Of a stretch of 64,000 bases of DNA, positions 45,619 through 56,991 are shown piece by piece; the stretch's first letter is position 1, and the number at the start of each line of letters is the position of its first letter. The position numbers and the translations under genes are program-made. The DNA is from an uncultured Gammaproteobacteria bacterium (GTDB taxonomy: Bacteria > Pseudomonadota > Gammaproteobacteria > Pseudomonadales > Pseudohongiellaceae). The stretch covers positions 55 through 64,054 of the forward strand of contig CALEJT010000028.1 in the NCBI GenBank assembly GCA_937898685.1, read 5' to 3'. The notes beneath the pieces are model-generated. The model had not been told where the DNA came from. It ran no database searches and worked only from the letters and a program-made list of their open reading frames with translations.

Positions 45619-46617
45619 TCAGCCGAGTACGGCCTTGCGGATCTCCTGATGCTGGGCAGGGGAGAGGCGAGGGCCGAAGTGGCTCACCGTGGTCGCTGCA
45701 GCAAGTGCGGCGAGTTTGCCGGAGGTGGCGTAGTCGTGGCCGGTGGTGAGGCCGTAGAGGAAGGCACCGGCAAACATGTCGCCCGCGCCGTTGGTATCGA
45801 TGGCTTGCACTTTCACCGGTTCGATCGGCGTGCGCTCGTCGCCGTCGACGACCAGTGCACCATCGGGGCCGAGCGTCAGCACCAGGACCTTCGCAATTTT
45901 CTGCAATGCAGGAATTGCGTCTTCGACACTGCGCGTGCCGGCCCAGGTCATCGCTTCGGTTTCGTTGGCGAAAAGCAGATCCACACCATCGCCGATCATT
46001 TCTTCGAGGCCGCCGCGGAAGAACTGCACCATCGCGGGATCCGACAGCGTCAATGCGGTTTTCACTCCATTGGCTTCGGCGATCTTGCGCGCGTCGATCA
46101 CTGCTTGCCGGCCGGTGGGCGAAGTCACCAGATAACCTTCCATGTACAGAAATTGCGAATCACGCAACGCTTCGGCGTCGATGGCGCTCGAGTCGAGCTT
46201 TTCGGAGATGCCGAGGAAGGTGAGCATGGTGCGCTCGGTGTCGGGGCTCACCATCACGAGGCATTTGCCGGTGGTACCGTGATCGCGGCCGCTGCCGAGG
46301 TTGGTGTGGATGTTGTGGCTGCCGAGTTCCTGCAGATAGAAATCGCCGGGCTCGTCATCCGCCACTTTGCAGCTGTAATAGGTGCTACCGCCGAACTGTG
46401 AGATGGCGTAGATGGTGTTGGCAGCAGAGCCGCCCCCGGCGCGCTTCTTGATGCCGAAACGCTGCGACAACCGCTCGAACAGCACGCGCTGTGCTTCCTC
46501 GTCGACCAGGGTCATCACACCCTTTTGGATCTTTTCCTGCTCGAGGAAATCGTCGGTCACGGAAAATTCGGTATCCACCAGAGCGTTGCCCAGGCCATAG
46601 ACGTGGTAGCGAGCCAT
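45619..46617 (-). CDS. PfkB-family kinase (adenosine kinase-like)
   Basis: 332 aa. YGLGNALVDTEF near the N-terminus and the PfkB signature DTNGAGDMFAGAF near the C-terminus. Confidence 0.85.
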   Translation of the reverse strand: MARYHVYGLGNALVDTEFSVTDDFLEQEKIQKGVMTLVDEEAQRVLFERLSQRFGIKKRAGGGSAANTIYAISQFGGSTYYSCKVADDEPGDFYLQELGSHNIHTNLGSGRDHGTTGKCLVMVSPDTERTMLTFLGISEKLDSSAIDAEALRDSQFLYMEGYLVTSPTGRQAVIDARKIAEANGVKTALTLSDPAMVQFFRGGLEEMIGDGVDLLFANETEAMTWAGTRSVEDAIPALQKIAKVLVLTLGPDGALVVDGDERTPIEPVKVQAIDTNGAGDMFAGAFLYGLTTGHDYATSGKLAALAAATTVSHFGPRLSPAQHQEIRKAVLG

Positions 46618-46646
46618 GCGTGCTTCCTTGTGTTGTTGGTCGTTGA

Positions 46647-47942
46647 TTATTTGAGCGAGGCGAATGCAGCTCGAGCTGCTTCCAGCGTGGCGGCGATGTC
46701 GGCATCGCTGTGCGCTGCGGAGATGAAGCCCGCTTCGAAAGCAGAAGGAGCAAGATAGACACCACGCTCGAGCATGGCGTGGAAGAAGCGGCGGAACAGC
46801 TCCACCTTGCTTTCCATCACCTGCGCGAAGCTGGTGATTTCCTGGTTCTCGTTGAAGTAGAGACCGAACATGCCGCCCACCTGCGTGGTGGTGAAGGCGA
46901 TGCCTGCGTCCTGCGCAGCCTGGCGCAGACCATCGAGCAACTGCTTGCCTTTGGCTTCGAGTGTGGCGTGGAAACCGGGCTTGCTGATTTCGTCGAGCAA
47001 TACGAGACCGGCCGTCACGGCGAGCGGGTTACCGGACATGGTGCCGGCCTGATAGACGGGGCCGAGCGGCGCGAGCTGGTCCATCAGATCCTTGCGGCCG
47101 CCGAAGGCGCCGACCGGCAGACCACCACCGATGATCTTGCCGAGTGTGGTGAGATCGGGCTTGATGCCATAGCGCGCCTGTGCACCACCAAGTGCGACGC
47201 GGAAACCGGTCATCACTTCGTCGAAGATCAACAGCGCGCCATAGCGCTGCGTGATCTCGCGCAGCCCCTGCAGGAAGCCGGCCGTCGGCGGCACGCAGTT
47301 CATGTTGCCGGCCACGGGCTCGACGATCAGCGCGGCGATGTCGTTGCCGTGGATCGAGAACAGTTGTTCCACGGCATTGAGATCGTTGTAGGGCAGTACG
47401 AAGGTTTGGGCTGCAGTATCGGCCGGGATGCCGGCGGAGTCGGGGTTGCCCATGGTCAGCGCACCGGAACCGGCTTTCACCAGCAGCGAGTCGACGTGGC
47501 CGTGATAGCAGCCTTCGAACTTCACCACCTTGTCGCGCTTGGTGCAGCCGCGCGCGAGACGCAGGGCACTCATCGTGGCTTCGGTGCCGGAGTTCACCAG
47601 TCGCACGCTTTCGATCGAGGGAATCAGTTCGCAGATCTTGTCGGCCAGCTGTACTTCGAGCGCGGTGGGAGCGCCGTAGGCGATGCCGCGATCGAGCTGG
47701 GCATGCAGTGCTTCGATCACCTTCGGATGGTTGTGGCCGAGAATCATCGGGCCCCAGGCGCCGACGTAGTCGATATAGCTGTTGCCGTCTTCATCGAACA
47801 ACTTCGAGCCGTTTGCGCTCTTGAAGAATACCGGGTTGCCACCCACACCGCGGAAGGCACGTACTGGCGAGTTGACGCCACCTGGGATGTGGCGGACTGC
47901 TCGTTCAAACAAAGCGATGGAATTGGGGATGCGTTGCGACAT
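46647..47942 (-). CDS. hemL: Glutamate-1-semialdehyde 2,1-aminomutase HemL
   Basis: 431 aa. [24 protein letters not shown] and the class-III aminotransferase layout. Confidence 0.96.
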   Translation of the reverse strand: MSQRIPNSIALFERAVRHIPGGVNSPVRAFRGVGGNPVFFKSANGSKLFDEDGNSYIDYVGAWGPMILGHNHPKVIEALHAQLDRGIAYGAPTALEVQLADKICELIPSIESVRLVNSGTEATMSALRLARGCTKRDKVVKFEGCYHGHVDSLLVKAGSGALTMGNPDSAGIPADTAAQTFVLPYNDLNAVEQLFSIHGNDIAALIVEPVAGNMNCVPPTAGFLQGLREITQRYGALLIFDEVMTGFRVALGGAQARYGIKPDLTTLGKIIGGGLPVGAFGGRKDLMDQLAPLGPVYQAGTMSGNPLAVTAGLVLLDEISKPGFHATLEAKGKQLLDGLRQAAQDAGIAFTTTQVGGMFGLYFNENQEITSFAQVMESKVELFRRFFHAMLERGVYLAPSAFEAGFISAAHSDADIAATLEAARAAFASLK

Positions 47943-47958
47943 GAGGACTACCGTTGAA

Positions 47959-48381
47959 TCAGAAAGGTTTGACTACCACGAGAACTACGATGGCGATCAA
48001 CAGCAGCACCGGTAGTTCGTTGAAGATGCGGAAGAACTTGTGTGACTTGGTGTTGCGATCATCGCGGAAGGCTTTGAGATAGTGACCGCACATGAAGTGA
48101 TACACCAGGAGCAGCACCACGCAGGTCAACTTGGCGTGCATCCAGCCACTGCTCATGTAGTAGGCCGTGTTGTAGCTCAGAGTCCAGATACCCAATACCA
48201 CGGTCAGCACCATCGATGGCGTCATGATGCCGCGATAGAGCTTGCGTTCCATGATCTTGAAACGCTCCTTGCCTGGTGTGTCCTCGCACATGGCGTGATA
48301 CACGAATAGACGCGGTAAATAGAACATCGCTGCAAACCAGCAAATCACGGCGATGACATGGAACGCTTTTACCCAAAGCAT
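47959..48381 (-). CDS. hemJ: Protoporphyrinogen IX oxidase HemJ (CopD-like membrane protein)
   Basis: 140 aa. [29 protein letters not shown] and four predicted TM segments. It is adjacent to hemL. Confidence 0.85.
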   Translation of the reverse strand: MLWVKAFHVIAVICWFAAMFYLPRLFVYHAMCEDTPGKERFKIMERKLYRGIMTPSMVLTVVLGIWTLSYNTAYYMSSGWMHAKLTCVVLLLVYHFMCGHYLKAFRDDRNTKSHKFFRIFNELPVLLLIAIVVLVVVKPF

Positions 48382-48529
48382 GCGATTTCTTCCTGCTGTG
48401 CAGCGCGAAGCTGCATAAGTAATTCATTTTATTGGGCGATTTTATTATATTGGCGCGCCCTGGCCAGTGTTTGCCGGGGCTTTTTTCTGAAGTGGCCCAG
48501 CCAGGGCCGAATACTGCGGAGTAACGAGC

Positions 48530-49561
48530 GTGATCAAGGTAGGCATCGTCGGAGCAACGGGTTATACCGGCGTGGAACTGTTGCGGTTTTTGAGCTTGCA
48601 TCCCGAGGTCGAGATCAGCGTCGTCACCTCGCGATCCGAAGCCGGCCTGCCTGTTTCCAGCTTGTTCCCCAACCTGCGCAAATACGTGGATCTCAAGTTC
48701 GTCGAGCCCAGCGCAGAGAACTTGAATACCTGCGACGTCGTGTTCTTCGCAACGCCCAATGGCACCGCGATGAAGATGGCGCAGGAACTGCTCGACGCCG
48801 GTGTAAAGGTGATCGACCTTTCTGCCGATTTCCGTATCAAGGACGTCAAAGTTTGGGAGCAGTGGTATCGCATGACGCACGCGAGCCCGCACCTGCTCGA
48901 AGAAGCAGTGTACGGTCTCTGCGAGATCAACCGCGAAGCGATCAAGCAAGCGCGTCTCGTGGCGAACCCGGGTTGTTATCCCACTGCAGTGCAGCTCGGC
49001 TTCCTGCCACTGCTGCGTGCTGGTGTGATCGATCCTTCGTATCTCATTGCCGACTGCAAATCGGGTGTGAGTGGTGCCGGCCGCAAGGCCGAGATGGGAC
49101 TTCTGCTCTGCGAAGTCAGTGAGAGCTTCAAGGCTTATTCGATCAACGGTCACCGTCATCAGCCGGAGATCAAGCAGGGGCTCGATCTCGTCAGCAAGAC
49201 ACCGGTGAACCTGACCTTCATGCCGCATCTGGTACCGATGATTCGCGGCATTCAGGCTTCGCTTTACGCGCGTCTGACCGACACCAGCGTGGATCTGCAG
49301 CAGTTGTTCGAAGACACCTACCGCAACGAGCCCTTCGTCGACGTGTTGCCGGCAGGCATGAGTCCCGAGACACGCAGCGTGCGTGGCAGCAACCACTGCC
49401 AGTTGGCCGTCACTCGTCCGCAGGGCGGCGACACCGTGGTGGTGTTCGCGGTCGAAGACAACCTGGTCAAAGGCGCGGCGGGTCAGGCGGTGCAAAACAT
49501 GAACCTGATGTTCGGTTTGCCGGAAACCACCGGCCTGAACGTCGTGGCGGCTCTGCCCTAG
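48530..49561 (+). CDS. argC: N-acetyl-gamma-glutamyl-phosphate reductase ArgC
   Basis: 343 aa. [18 protein letters not shown], active-site NPGCYPTA and the C-terminus [16 protein letters not shown]. Confidence 0.96.
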   Translation: MIKVGIVGATGYTGVELLRFLSLHPEVEISVVTSRSEAGLPVSSLFPNLRKYVDLKFVEPSAENLNTCDVVFFATPNGTAMKMAQELLDAGVKVIDLSADFRIKDVKVWEQWYRMTHASPHLLEEAVYGLCEINREAIKQARLVANPGCYPTAVQLGFLPLLRAGVIDPSYLIADCKSGVSGAGRKAEMGLLLCEVSESFKAYSINGHRHQPEIKQGLDLVSKTPVNLTFMPHLVPMIRGIQASLYARLTDTSVDLQQLFEDTYRNEPFVDVLPAGMSPETRSVRGSNHCQLAVTRPQGGDTVVVFAVEDNLVKGAAGQAVQNMNLMFGLPETTGLNVVAALP

Positions 49562-49627
49562 AGGAGAACGAGGCTCCGCAAGAGACGGAGCAAGCTGCTC
49601 TGAGGGGCGGACCGCGGCAAGCTCGAG

Positions 49628-50416
49628 GTGAAGATGCCGGCGGTCAAAGGCAGCAAGCAACCCAAGATGATCGTGGTGGCGTATCGTCCTGCGCTGCTGT
49701 GGGCGGTTGCTCTCGTGCTGCTCGGTTCCCTCACGCTTGCCGTTTGGCTCGGACATTCCGCCGGTCGCAGCGCCGCACAACGTGACATCGATGCGGCGCT
49801 GCAGATTCCCACCTCCGAAAGCGAACTCACGCTTCAGCGCGCCAAGGAAATCGCGCGCAGTCCCGACCAACTGATCACCATCCTGCGCGAGAACAACGAG
49901 CTCAAACAAAAACTGGTGAGTCTCGAGCGCAGTGCCGCCATCGACAAGGAAGCGCTCGCCGCCGTGCAGGACGAACTCGTGTCGCAGCGCGATACCATCG
50001 CGCAATTGCAGGAAGATCTGATGTTCTATCGTCAGATCGCGGCGCCCGATTCGGCCGCGGCGGAGCAGGGTCTCGTGATCGGCAGTCTCGATCTCGTCGC
50101 CGGCAGACAAGCAGGACGCGTGCGTTACAAGATCGAATTCCGTCAGCAGGGCGGCTCCGACAAACTCGAAGGTTATGCCAACGTCACCGTGGTCGGTGAT
50201 CAGGATGGTGAACGCGTGAGTCTGCCGCTGCATGAACTTGCGACGGGAGAGCAGGAACAGAACATTCCGCTTGGTTTTCGTTATTTCCAAAACGTAGAAG
50301 GCGAGCTCGAGCTGCCCGAAGGTTTCAGTCCGCTCCGCATGCAGGTGCTGGCGGTGGTCGAAGGCAAGAACGCCAAACGAGTGGAGAAGAGCTTCGGCTG
50401 GAGCGTACGCAATTGA
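49628..50416 (+). CDS. Membrane-anchored coiled-coil protein (DUF6776-like), conserved partner upstream of bactofilin
   Basis: 262 aa. One TM helix (LLWAVALVLLGSLTLAVWL) and a heptad-like region (LKQKLVSLERSAAIDKEALAAVQDELVSQRDTIAQLQEDL). The same position is occupied in Pseudomonas-type argC-erpA loci, as far as I recall. Confidence 0.65.
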   Translation: MKMPAVKGSKQPKMIVVAYRPALLWAVALVLLGSLTLAVWLGHSAGRSAAQRDIDAALQIPTSESELTLQRAKEIARSPDQLITILRENNELKQKLVSLERSAAIDKEALAAVQDELVSQRDTIAQLQEDLMFYRQIAAPDSAAAEQGLVIGSLDLVAGRQAGRVRYKIEFRQQGGSDKLEGYANVTVVGDQDGERVSLPLHELATGEQEQNIPLGFRYFQNVEGELELPEGFSPLRMQVLAVVEGKNAKRVEKSFGWSVRN

Positions 50417-50440
50417 CCAGCCACTGACAGGAGAGCCCCC

Positions 50441-50896
50441 ATGTCATTGTTCAAGAGCAAGTCCCCGGTTGCCGGTGTCGTGGCAACCGGTAGCATCACT
50501 CTCATCTCCAGGGCCACGACGCTGACGGGTGACATCCGCTTCAGCGGCTCGCTCGAAATCGAAGGCACGATCCACGGCAACATCCACGCCGATGGTGAAA
50601 ATGCCCAGGTGCGTGTGTGCGAAACCGGTCTCGTGCAGGGCGAGATCCATGCGCCGCGTGTCATCATCAACGGCAGGGTGGAAGGCGACGTGCACGTGGC
50701 CGGCCATCTCGAGCTGGCAGCCAAGGCGCGTGTCGTCGGCGACGTCTACTACGAGCTGATCGAGATGGTGATGGGGGCGGAAGTGAACGGTGTGCTGCAT
50801 CACGTGCCGAAGGCCGAAGCACAGCCCGTGACGGCCCAGAAAGCAGCTGCGGAGGCGGCCGTGAGCGACTCAGCCATGGCGGCGCTCAGCTCGTAA
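50441..50896 (+). CDS. Bactofilin-family cytoskeletal protein
   Basis: 151 aa. Repetitive beta-helix pattern: ITGDIRFSGSLEIEGTIHGNIHAD...VQGEIHAPRVIINGRVEGDVHVAGHLELAAKARVVGDVYY. Confidence 0.9.
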   Translation: MSLFKSKSPVAGVVATGSITLISRATTLTGDIRFSGSLEIEGTIHGNIHADGENAQVRVCETGLVQGEIHAPRVIINGRVEGDVHVAGHLELAAKARVVGDVYYELIEMVMGAEVNGVLHHVPKAEAQPVTAQKAAAEAAVSDSAMAALSS

Positions 50897-50957
50897 TACT
50901 TGACTATTTTCCTTGGTTAATAGAGAATCGGCGGCGTTGTCTGTTGCAGGTATTCCT

Positions 50958-51311
50958 ATGAGTGTTGTTCAAACCCAAGAAGCGAGCGTGCTGACGATGA
51001 CCGACGCCGCTGCCCGCAAGGTGAACGCGCTGCTGCAGGAGGAAGGCAACCCCAATCTCAACTTGCGGGTCTACGTCACCGGCGGCGGCTGTTCCGGCTT
51101 TCAATATGGTTTCTCGTTCGATGAAACCGTCAATGAAGACGACACCGTGATCGAACGCGACGGTGCCCACATGTTGGTGGACTCCCTCAGCATTCAGTAT
51201 CTGGCTGGTGCCGTGGTGGACTACGAGGAAGGGTTGCAGGGTTCACGCTTCCGTGTGCAGAACCCGATGGCCACCACGACGTGTGGCTGCGGCATGTCCT
51301 TCACCATCTGA
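50958..51311 (+). CDS. erpA: Iron-sulfur cluster insertion protein ErpA
   Basis: [20 protein letters not shown] and the C-terminal CGCGMSF. ATG 50958 is preferred over the ORF-track start 50913. Confidence 0.93.
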   Translation: MSVVQTQEASVLTMTDAAARKVNALLQEEGNPNLNLRVYVTGGGCSGFQYGFSFDETVNEDDTVIERDGAHMLVDSLSIQYLAGAVVDYEEGLQGSRFRVQNPMATTTCGCGMSFTI

Positions 51312-51330
51312 TCGCGTAAGCGACGTCTTC

Positions 51331-52449
51331 TCACTCCGCGTAATAGATGCCCCCTGCAATTACCGGCCCACTGGCGCCGGTGAAGGGGCTGAAGTCTATC
51401 GTTTCTCTTTTAAGTGTCTTGCTGGCGAACCAGGCGAAGGCTGCGGCTTCGACGCAATCGGCATCGAGACCATGTTCGGTGCTGGTGCTGAGCACGAAGC
51501 CCGGCAGTAGTTCACGCAGACGTTCGAGCAAGGCCTCGTTGTGCACGCCGCCGCCGCAGGCGATCAAACGTCCGCGGATGGCGTGGCGCAGCACCGCATC
51601 GCTCACCGTTCTTGCCGTGTATTCGAGCAAGGTCGCCTGTACGTCGACGGCAGCGAATTCGCCGCCGCAAGCTGCCAACTGTCGATCGAGCCAGGGCAGG
51701 TTGAAGAGCTCGCGTCCGGTACTCTTCGGCGGCGGTTTGTCGAGATAGGGCTCCTGCAGCAATTGTTGGAGCAACTTGTTCTGGACCTCGCCGCTCTTTG
51801 CCCACTGACCGCCATCGTCGTAGCGCAAACCCTGATGACGCTGAATCCAGCCATCCATCAACACGCTGGCCGGACCCGTGTCGAGGCCGAAGGGACGACC
51901 ACCATGCGGCGGCAATACCGTGATGTTGGCGATGCCACCGAGGTTGAGCACGATCGTCAGTTGCTCGGCATCGCTGAAGAGCGCCTGATGCAGCGCCGGC
52001 ACGATGGGTGCACCTTGACCGCCAAGCGCCATGTCCTTGCGGCGGAAATCGGCCACGGTGGTGATGCCGGTGCGAGCGGCGATGGTGCTGGGGTCACCGA
52101 TCTGCAGCGTGAAGGCATGTTGCGTCGCCCGTTGTGGCGGCTCGTGCCAGATGGTCTGGCCGTGGCTACCGATCGCGACGATGTCGCTCGCCTGGAGTCC
52201 TCTGCGCTGCAGCATCGCGTTCACGGCAGCGGCAAAACCCACCGCCACTGCGATGTCGGCATTGCCGAGCGTGGGAAGATCGAGCCCATCGTTGTCGCAC
52301 AGTCGCAACAGCGTGCTGCGCAAAGTGGGATCGAGCGGATGACAGAGATAGTCGATAACGGAAAGGCCTGACCCCATGTCCACCAGCGCACAGTCGATGC
52401 CGTCCATGCTGGTGCCCGAGATCAGGCCTATGTAGAGCGCTTGGCTCAT
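51331..52449 (-). CDS. anmK: Anhydro-N-acetylmuramic acid kinase AnmK
   Basis: 372 aa. YIGLISGTSMDGIDCALVD and LNLGGIANIT. Its ATG overlaps the upstream gene's TGA (ATGA at 52446-52449). Confidence 0.95.
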   Translation of the reverse strand: MSQALYIGLISGTSMDGIDCALVDMGSGLSVIDYLCHPLDPTLRSTLLRLCDNDGLDLPTLGNADIAVAVGFAAAVNAMLQRRGLQASDIVAIGSHGQTIWHEPPQRATQHAFTLQIGDPSTIAARTGITTVADFRRKDMALGGQGAPIVPALHQALFSDAEQLTIVLNLGGIANITVLPPHGGRPFGLDTGPASVLMDGWIQRHQGLRYDDGGQWAKSGEVQNKLLQQLLQEPYLDKPPPKSTGRELFNLPWLDRQLAACGGEFAAVDVQATLLEYTARTVSDAVLRHAIRGRLIACGGGVHNEALLERLRELLPGFVLSTSTEHGLDADCVEAAAFAWFASKTLKRETIDFSPFTGASGPVIAGGIYYAE

Positions 52450-53834
52450 TCGATGCGGCTTTCAGCCTCTTTCTTTTCGGCCTGCGCCATGGCGAGGCGA
52501 ACGGTTTCGGAGCGCTCGCTCATCATCGCGAGCAGCGGACGCGTCTGTTCCAGGAAACGCGGCAGTTCTTCCTTCGCCAGCTGCACCTGTTTGATCTCTT
52601 CCTGCTGCAGGATGCGGCGCGAATCGCGGTGCACACCATCCATCAGGAATTCGTAGTGCAGATGCGGACCGGTGGCGCTGCCGGTGGAACCGACGTAACC
52701 GATCACCTGACCCTGCTTCACACGGGTGCCGACCTTGATGCCCGGGCCGTAGCCGTTGAGGTGGGCATACTTGGTTTCGAAGCGATCACCGTGCTTGATC
52801 ACCACCAGCTTGCCGAACGAACCGTTGCTGTTGGCGAAGGTCACACGACCATCGGCCGTGGCCACCACGGGAGTGCCGGTGGGAGCCGCGTAGTCGGTGC
52901 CGCGATGCGCGCGAATGGTGTTCAGAATCGGGTGTTTGCGCGCCAGGCTGAAGCCGGAGCTGATGCGGGTGAAGTCGACCGGGTTGAGCAGGAAGGCCTT
53001 GCGCATGGCTTCGCCTTTCGGGCTGTAGAAGCCGCTGTCACCTTCGGCATTTTCGTAGCGCACGGCCACGTGCGTGCGGCCCTGGTTGGTGTACTCGGCA
53101 GCGAGGATGCGGCCGACACCGACGTATTGCTCACCCAGATAGAGTTCTTCATACAGGATGCCGAAGCTGTCGCCGGGCTGGGTGTCCTGCAGGAAGTCCA
53201 CCACGCCGTTGAAGATCGAGGACAGGTCCATCGCCATCGCGGCGCTCACGGAATTGCGCTGTGCGGCGAGGAAGAGCGAATCGGTGATCACGGCTTCGCG
53301 CCATACCTGACGCACTTCCGGAGTCTTCACCACGTGATCGAGCGAGTAGGTGCCATCTTCCTGACGCGTGACCAGCCAACTTTCGAGCGGAGTCTTGATC
53401 AACTCCAACGACTGCACACGATTGTCGGGCGTGAGTTCGAAGACGAGGTTGTTGCCGGGATAAAGGTTGCTGAGGACGCGGGCGTGTTCCTTGCCGGCGG
53501 TGACGTCCGCCACCTGCTGCGGGCCGAGGCCGGCGCGGCGGAAGATCACGGAAAGACTGTCACCCGGTTTCACCTCCAGCCACAGGCGCGGATCGACCAC
53601 GGGCGTCGCCTCTTCGAGCAACGAGGCAACCGGATCGGGCGCGGGCGCGAGATAGTCGGCCGGCACGGCAGGACCGAGCGCCACGAAATCACGCGCCAGG
53701 TTCTGATTACTTTCCGCCTTGGGGAAGAAAGCCAGTGCGACTACGAGAGGGAGAAGACCCGCCAGGAGACATTGATGGGATCGGGGCAGGTGCCGATCAA
53801 TGTGTTCCTTCTTTATTTGTTTTAGCAAACGCAT
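52446..53834 (-). CDS. M23-family peptidoglycan DD-metalloendopeptidase (MepM/YebA-like)
   Basis: M23 motifs HRGTDYAAPTGTPV and GPHLHYEF, with an N-terminal TM anchor. ATG 53834 (MRLLKQIK) is preferred over the ORF-track start 53903. Confidence 0.9.
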   Translation of the reverse strand: MRLLKQIKKEHIDRHLPRSHQCLLAGLLPLVVALAFFPKAESNQNLARDFVALGPAVPADYLAPAPDPVASLLEEATPVVDPRLWLEVKPGDSLSVIFRRAGLGPQQVADVTAGKEHARVLSNLYPGNNLVFELTPDNRVQSLELIKTPLESWLVTRQEDGTYSLDHVVKTPEVRQVWREAVITDSLFLAAQRNSVSAAMAMDLSSIFNGVVDFLQDTQPGDSFGILYEELYLGEQYVGVGRILAAEYTNQGRTHVAVRYENAEGDSGFYSPKGEAMRKAFLLNPVDFTRISSGFSLARKHPILNTIRAHRGTDYAAPTGTPVVATADGRVTFANSNGSFGKLVVIKHGDRFETKYAHLNGYGPGIKVGTRVKQGQVIGYVGSTGSATGPHLHYEFLMDGVHRDSRRILQQEEIKQVQLAKEELPRFLEQTRPLLAMMSERSETVRLAMAQAEKKEAESRIE

Positions 53835-54136
53835 GCAAAAGAAAAAGAAATAGGTGCGAAAAAAGAGGGGCCCAAGACTCGGGCAATGGCCGGATTGTAA
53901 CAAAAAGTTTCAGTCTGACTACCTGCAATTCATACGTGATTTGACTAGCCTCCGCAGACTTTTCCTAACGCGTGTAAACGGCATGTAACGATCGCGCAAA
54001 CCCCGTGATTTGCCGAGCGAAATGCGTTCGCCATCGAGCGGGGACAGCCACCTTCGTGCCCGGCGCGTGGCAATGGGCGGCCGCTTTTAGTAAAGTGCGC
54101 GGTCTTTTGTAGTTAGGTCCCCGGAACCCTAAGCCC

Positions 54137-55420
54137 ATGTCGAAGCAGCCCGCCAACATCGTTCAGATCCTGCGTGAGCGTGGACTGGTGGTGCAGGTCT
54201 CCGCCGAAGCGGAATTGGACGAGCACCTCACCAGCGCCTGCCGCACCGTGTATTGCGGTTTCGATCCCACGGCGCAGAGTCTGCACATCGGATCCCTCGT
54301 TCCCCTCCTGGCCCTGCGCCGTGTGCAGTTGGCAGGTCATCGCCCCATCGCGCTGGCCGGCGGTGCCACCGGCATGATCGGTGACCCCAGCTTCAAGGCG
54401 AAGGAGCGCAAGCTCAATTCTCTGGAAGTGGTGGGCGAGTGGACCGAGCGCATCAAGGCGCAGGTCTCGCGCTTCATCGACTTCGACTGCGGCGAGAACT
54501 CCGCGATCGTCGCCAACAATCTCGACTGGACCCAGTCGCTCGACGTGCTCACCTTCCTGCGTGACATCGGCAAGCACTTCTCCGTCAATGCCATGATCGC
54601 GAAGGAGAGCGTGAAGCAGCGCATCGAGCGCGAAGGCGAGGGCATCTCCTTCACCGAATTCACCTACATGATCCTGCAGTCCTACGACTTTGCCGTGCTG
54701 AACCGTCAGTACGGCTGCACGTTGCAGATCGGCGGCAGCGATCAGTGGGGCAACATCACGGGTGGCATCGATCTCACCCGTCGTCTGAATCAGCAGCAGG
54801 TCTATGGTCTGACCATGCCGCTCGTCACCAAGGCGGATGGCACCAAGTTCGGCAAGACCGAAACCGGCACGGTCTGGCTCGATCCCAGCCTGACCTCGCA
54901 CTACGCCTTCTATCAGTTCTGGATCAACACCGCCGACGCCGACGTCTACAAGTTCCTGCGTTACTTCACCTTCCTCGACGTGGCCGAGATCGACGCCATC
55001 GAAGAACGTGACAAGAGCGCCGCCGGCAAGCCACAAGCCCAGGGCATCCTGGCGCGTGAAGTCACCAAGCTCGTCCATGGCGCCGAAGGTCTGGCCGCGG
55101 CCGAGCGCATCACCGAGGCGCTCTTCAGTGGTGATCTCAGCAAGCTGACCGAAGCGGATTTCGCCCAGCTCGCACTCGATGGCCTGCCCACCACCAAGAA
55201 GCCGATCGCGGGTCTCTCGCTGGTCGATGCCCTGGTCAGCACGGGCCTCGCCAGCTCCAACCGCGCCGCGCGCGAGTTCATCGGCAACGGTGCGGTGAAC
55301 GTCAACGGTGAGAAGGTGAGCGATCCGGCCGCCGTCATCGATCCGGTTCAGGCCATGCACGGCCGCTACTTCCTGCTGCGTCGCGGCAAGAAGCAGTTCC
55401 ATCTCCTCCAGGCCGAATAA
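54137..55420 (+). CDS. tyrS: Tyrosine--tRNA ligase
   Basis: 427 aa. [16 protein letters not shown] (HIGH region), KFGKT (KMSKS-like) and a C-terminal S4-like domain. Confidence 0.96.
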   Translation: MSKQPANIVQILRERGLVVQVSAEAELDEHLTSACRTVYCGFDPTAQSLHIGSLVPLLALRRVQLAGHRPIALAGGATGMIGDPSFKAKERKLNSLEVVGEWTERIKAQVSRFIDFDCGENSAIVANNLDWTQSLDVLTFLRDIGKHFSVNAMIAKESVKQRIEREGEGISFTEFTYMILQSYDFAVLNRQYGCTLQIGGSDQWGNITGGIDLTRRLNQQQVYGLTMPLVTKADGTKFGKTETGTVWLDPSLTSHYAFYQFWINTADADVYKFLRYFTFLDVAEIDAIEERDKSAAGKPQAQGILAREVTKLVHGAEGLAAAERITEALFSGDLSKLTEADFAQLALDGLPTTKKPIAGLSLVDALVSTGLASSNRAAREFIGNGAVNVNGEKVSDPAAVIDPVQAMHGRYFLLRRGKKQFHLLQAE

Positions 55421-55563
55421 GCCCGTGTCACGAGCCGCGCATCAGTGCGGCTCGCTTGATTCCCAGCGTCCGACCCCCACCTTTGCAGAGTCATGGTGCG
55501 GCTTGCCTGTGCCCGGGCAAGGCCGTTCGATCCTGAAACCACGGGGCGAGGTGCACTCGACGC

Positions 55564-56520
55564 ATGGAATTCAAGGACTATTACGCAACGCTCGGTGTGG
55601 CGCCCGACGCCAGCCCCGACGACATCAAGAAGGCCTACAAGCGGCTGGCGCGCCGCTACCATCCCGACGTCAGCAAGGAGAAGGACGCCGAGCGCAAGTT
55701 CAAGGAAGTCGGCGAAGCCTACGAAGTGCTGCGCGATCCGCAGCGGCGCGCCGAATACGACAACCTGCGCAAGTACGGCGCGCGTGGCGCTGGCGGTGAG
55801 TTCCGTCCGCCGCCGGGCTGGGAATCCACCACCGAGTTCCACAGCGGCGACGCGGCCGACTTCAGCGAATTCTTCGAAACCCTGTTCGGCCGTGGTGGCT
55901 TTGCCCGCGGTTTCGGCGGCCGGCCGGATTTCGCCGTGCGTGGCGAGGATCTCGAGGCCGAATTGGCGCTGCTGCTCGAAGAGGCTTACAGCGGCACGGA
56001 ACAGATAATAGAAGTACGCGTCCCCGAACCGGATGAGTTCGGTCGACGCCGCCGCAAATCCCGCAAGCTCAAGATCAAGGTCCCGCCCGGCACCACCGAC
56101 GGCACGGTGTTGCGCATGCGCGGACAGGGCGCGCCGGGCATCGGTGGCGGAGAGAGCGGCGATCTGCTGGTCAAGGTACGCCTGGCCGAGCATCCGCTCT
56201 TCACCGTCGATGGGCGTGACCTTTCGCTCGTGGTACCGGTCCTGCCCTGGGAAGCGGCACTGGGCGCCAAGGTGACTGTCCCCACTTTGAAGGGGCGCAC
56301 GAGGGTGAGTGTCCCCGCCGGTAGCCAGAGCGGCCGCCGCCTGCGGCTGGCGGGGCAGGGACTGCCGGGACAGCCACCGGGTGACTTCTATGTGGTGCTC
56401 AAGGTGGTGATGCCGGACAAGGTGTCCGCCAAGGATGAAGAGCTCTATAGACAGCTGGCGGCCAACTTCGCCGCGAGCGGCGGCGCCGGTCCGCGCAGCG
56501 AATGGGAGGAGCGCGCATGA
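55564..56520 (+). CDS. cbpA: Curved-DNA-binding DnaJ-like co-chaperone CbpA
   Basis: 318 aa. J-domain DYYATLGV...YHPDVSKE without the zinc-finger region, then DnaJ C-terminal domains. Confidence 0.9.
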   Translation: MEFKDYYATLGVAPDASPDDIKKAYKRLARRYHPDVSKEKDAERKFKEVGEAYEVLRDPQRRAEYDNLRKYGARGAGGEFRPPPGWESTTEFHSGDAADFSEFFETLFGRGGFARGFGGRPDFAVRGEDLEAELALLLEEAYSGTEQIIEVRVPEPDEFGRRRRKSRKLKIKVPPGTTDGTVLRMRGQGAPGIGGGESGDLLVKVRLAEHPLFTVDGRDLSLVVPVLPWEAALGAKVTVPTLKGRTRVSVPAGSQSGRRLRLAGQGLPGQPPGDFYVVLKVVMPDKVSAKDEELYRQLAANFAASGGAGPRSEWEERA

Positions 56521-56840
56521 ACGAACTCAGCGTGGAAAGCCTGGACGAGGCCCTCTACAGCCTGGTCGAACTCTGTAGGCGTGCGCATCTCGACGAAAAC
56601 TTCGTGCTCACCTGCATCGAGCATGGCGTGGTGGAAGTCGCTGGCACCACGGTGGAGGAGTGGCGCTTCACCAACCGCGCGCGACTTCAGCTGCAGAAGG
56701 CCTGGCGCCTGCATCACGATCTCGAGGTGCAGCCAGCGCTCTTGCCGCTCGTGTTGGAGCTGCTCGGAGAAGTCGAAACGCTGCGCGAAGAGAACCGTCA
56801 TCTGCGCTTGCGGCTGCGACATTGGGAAGGTCTCGTGTAA
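56517..56840 (+). CDS. cbpM: Chaperone modulator CbpM (MerR-like)
   Basis: Its ATG overlaps the cbpA TGA (ATGA at 56517-56520). It encodes a small roughly 107-aa protein ending in a leucine-rich helix ([19 protein letters not shown]), the usual cbpA partner. Confidence 0.8.
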   Translation: MNELSVESLDEALYSLVELCRRAHLDENFVLTCIEHGVVEVAGTTVEEWRFTNRARLQLQKAWRLHHDLEVQPALLPLVLELLGEVETLREENRHLRLRLRHWEGLV

Positions 56841-56991
56841 GTGCCAAACCGTTCGGTTCGGTAAGGTGCTTTTGTGCAAACAAAGAGAAAATTTCTTTCA
56901 CGCAGTCCCCTCACCGTCACGGGCGGATGACCGCCCCACCCACCGCTAGTATTCTTCGGCGCTCGTTTTATCGACCCAGCGCCGTATTTTC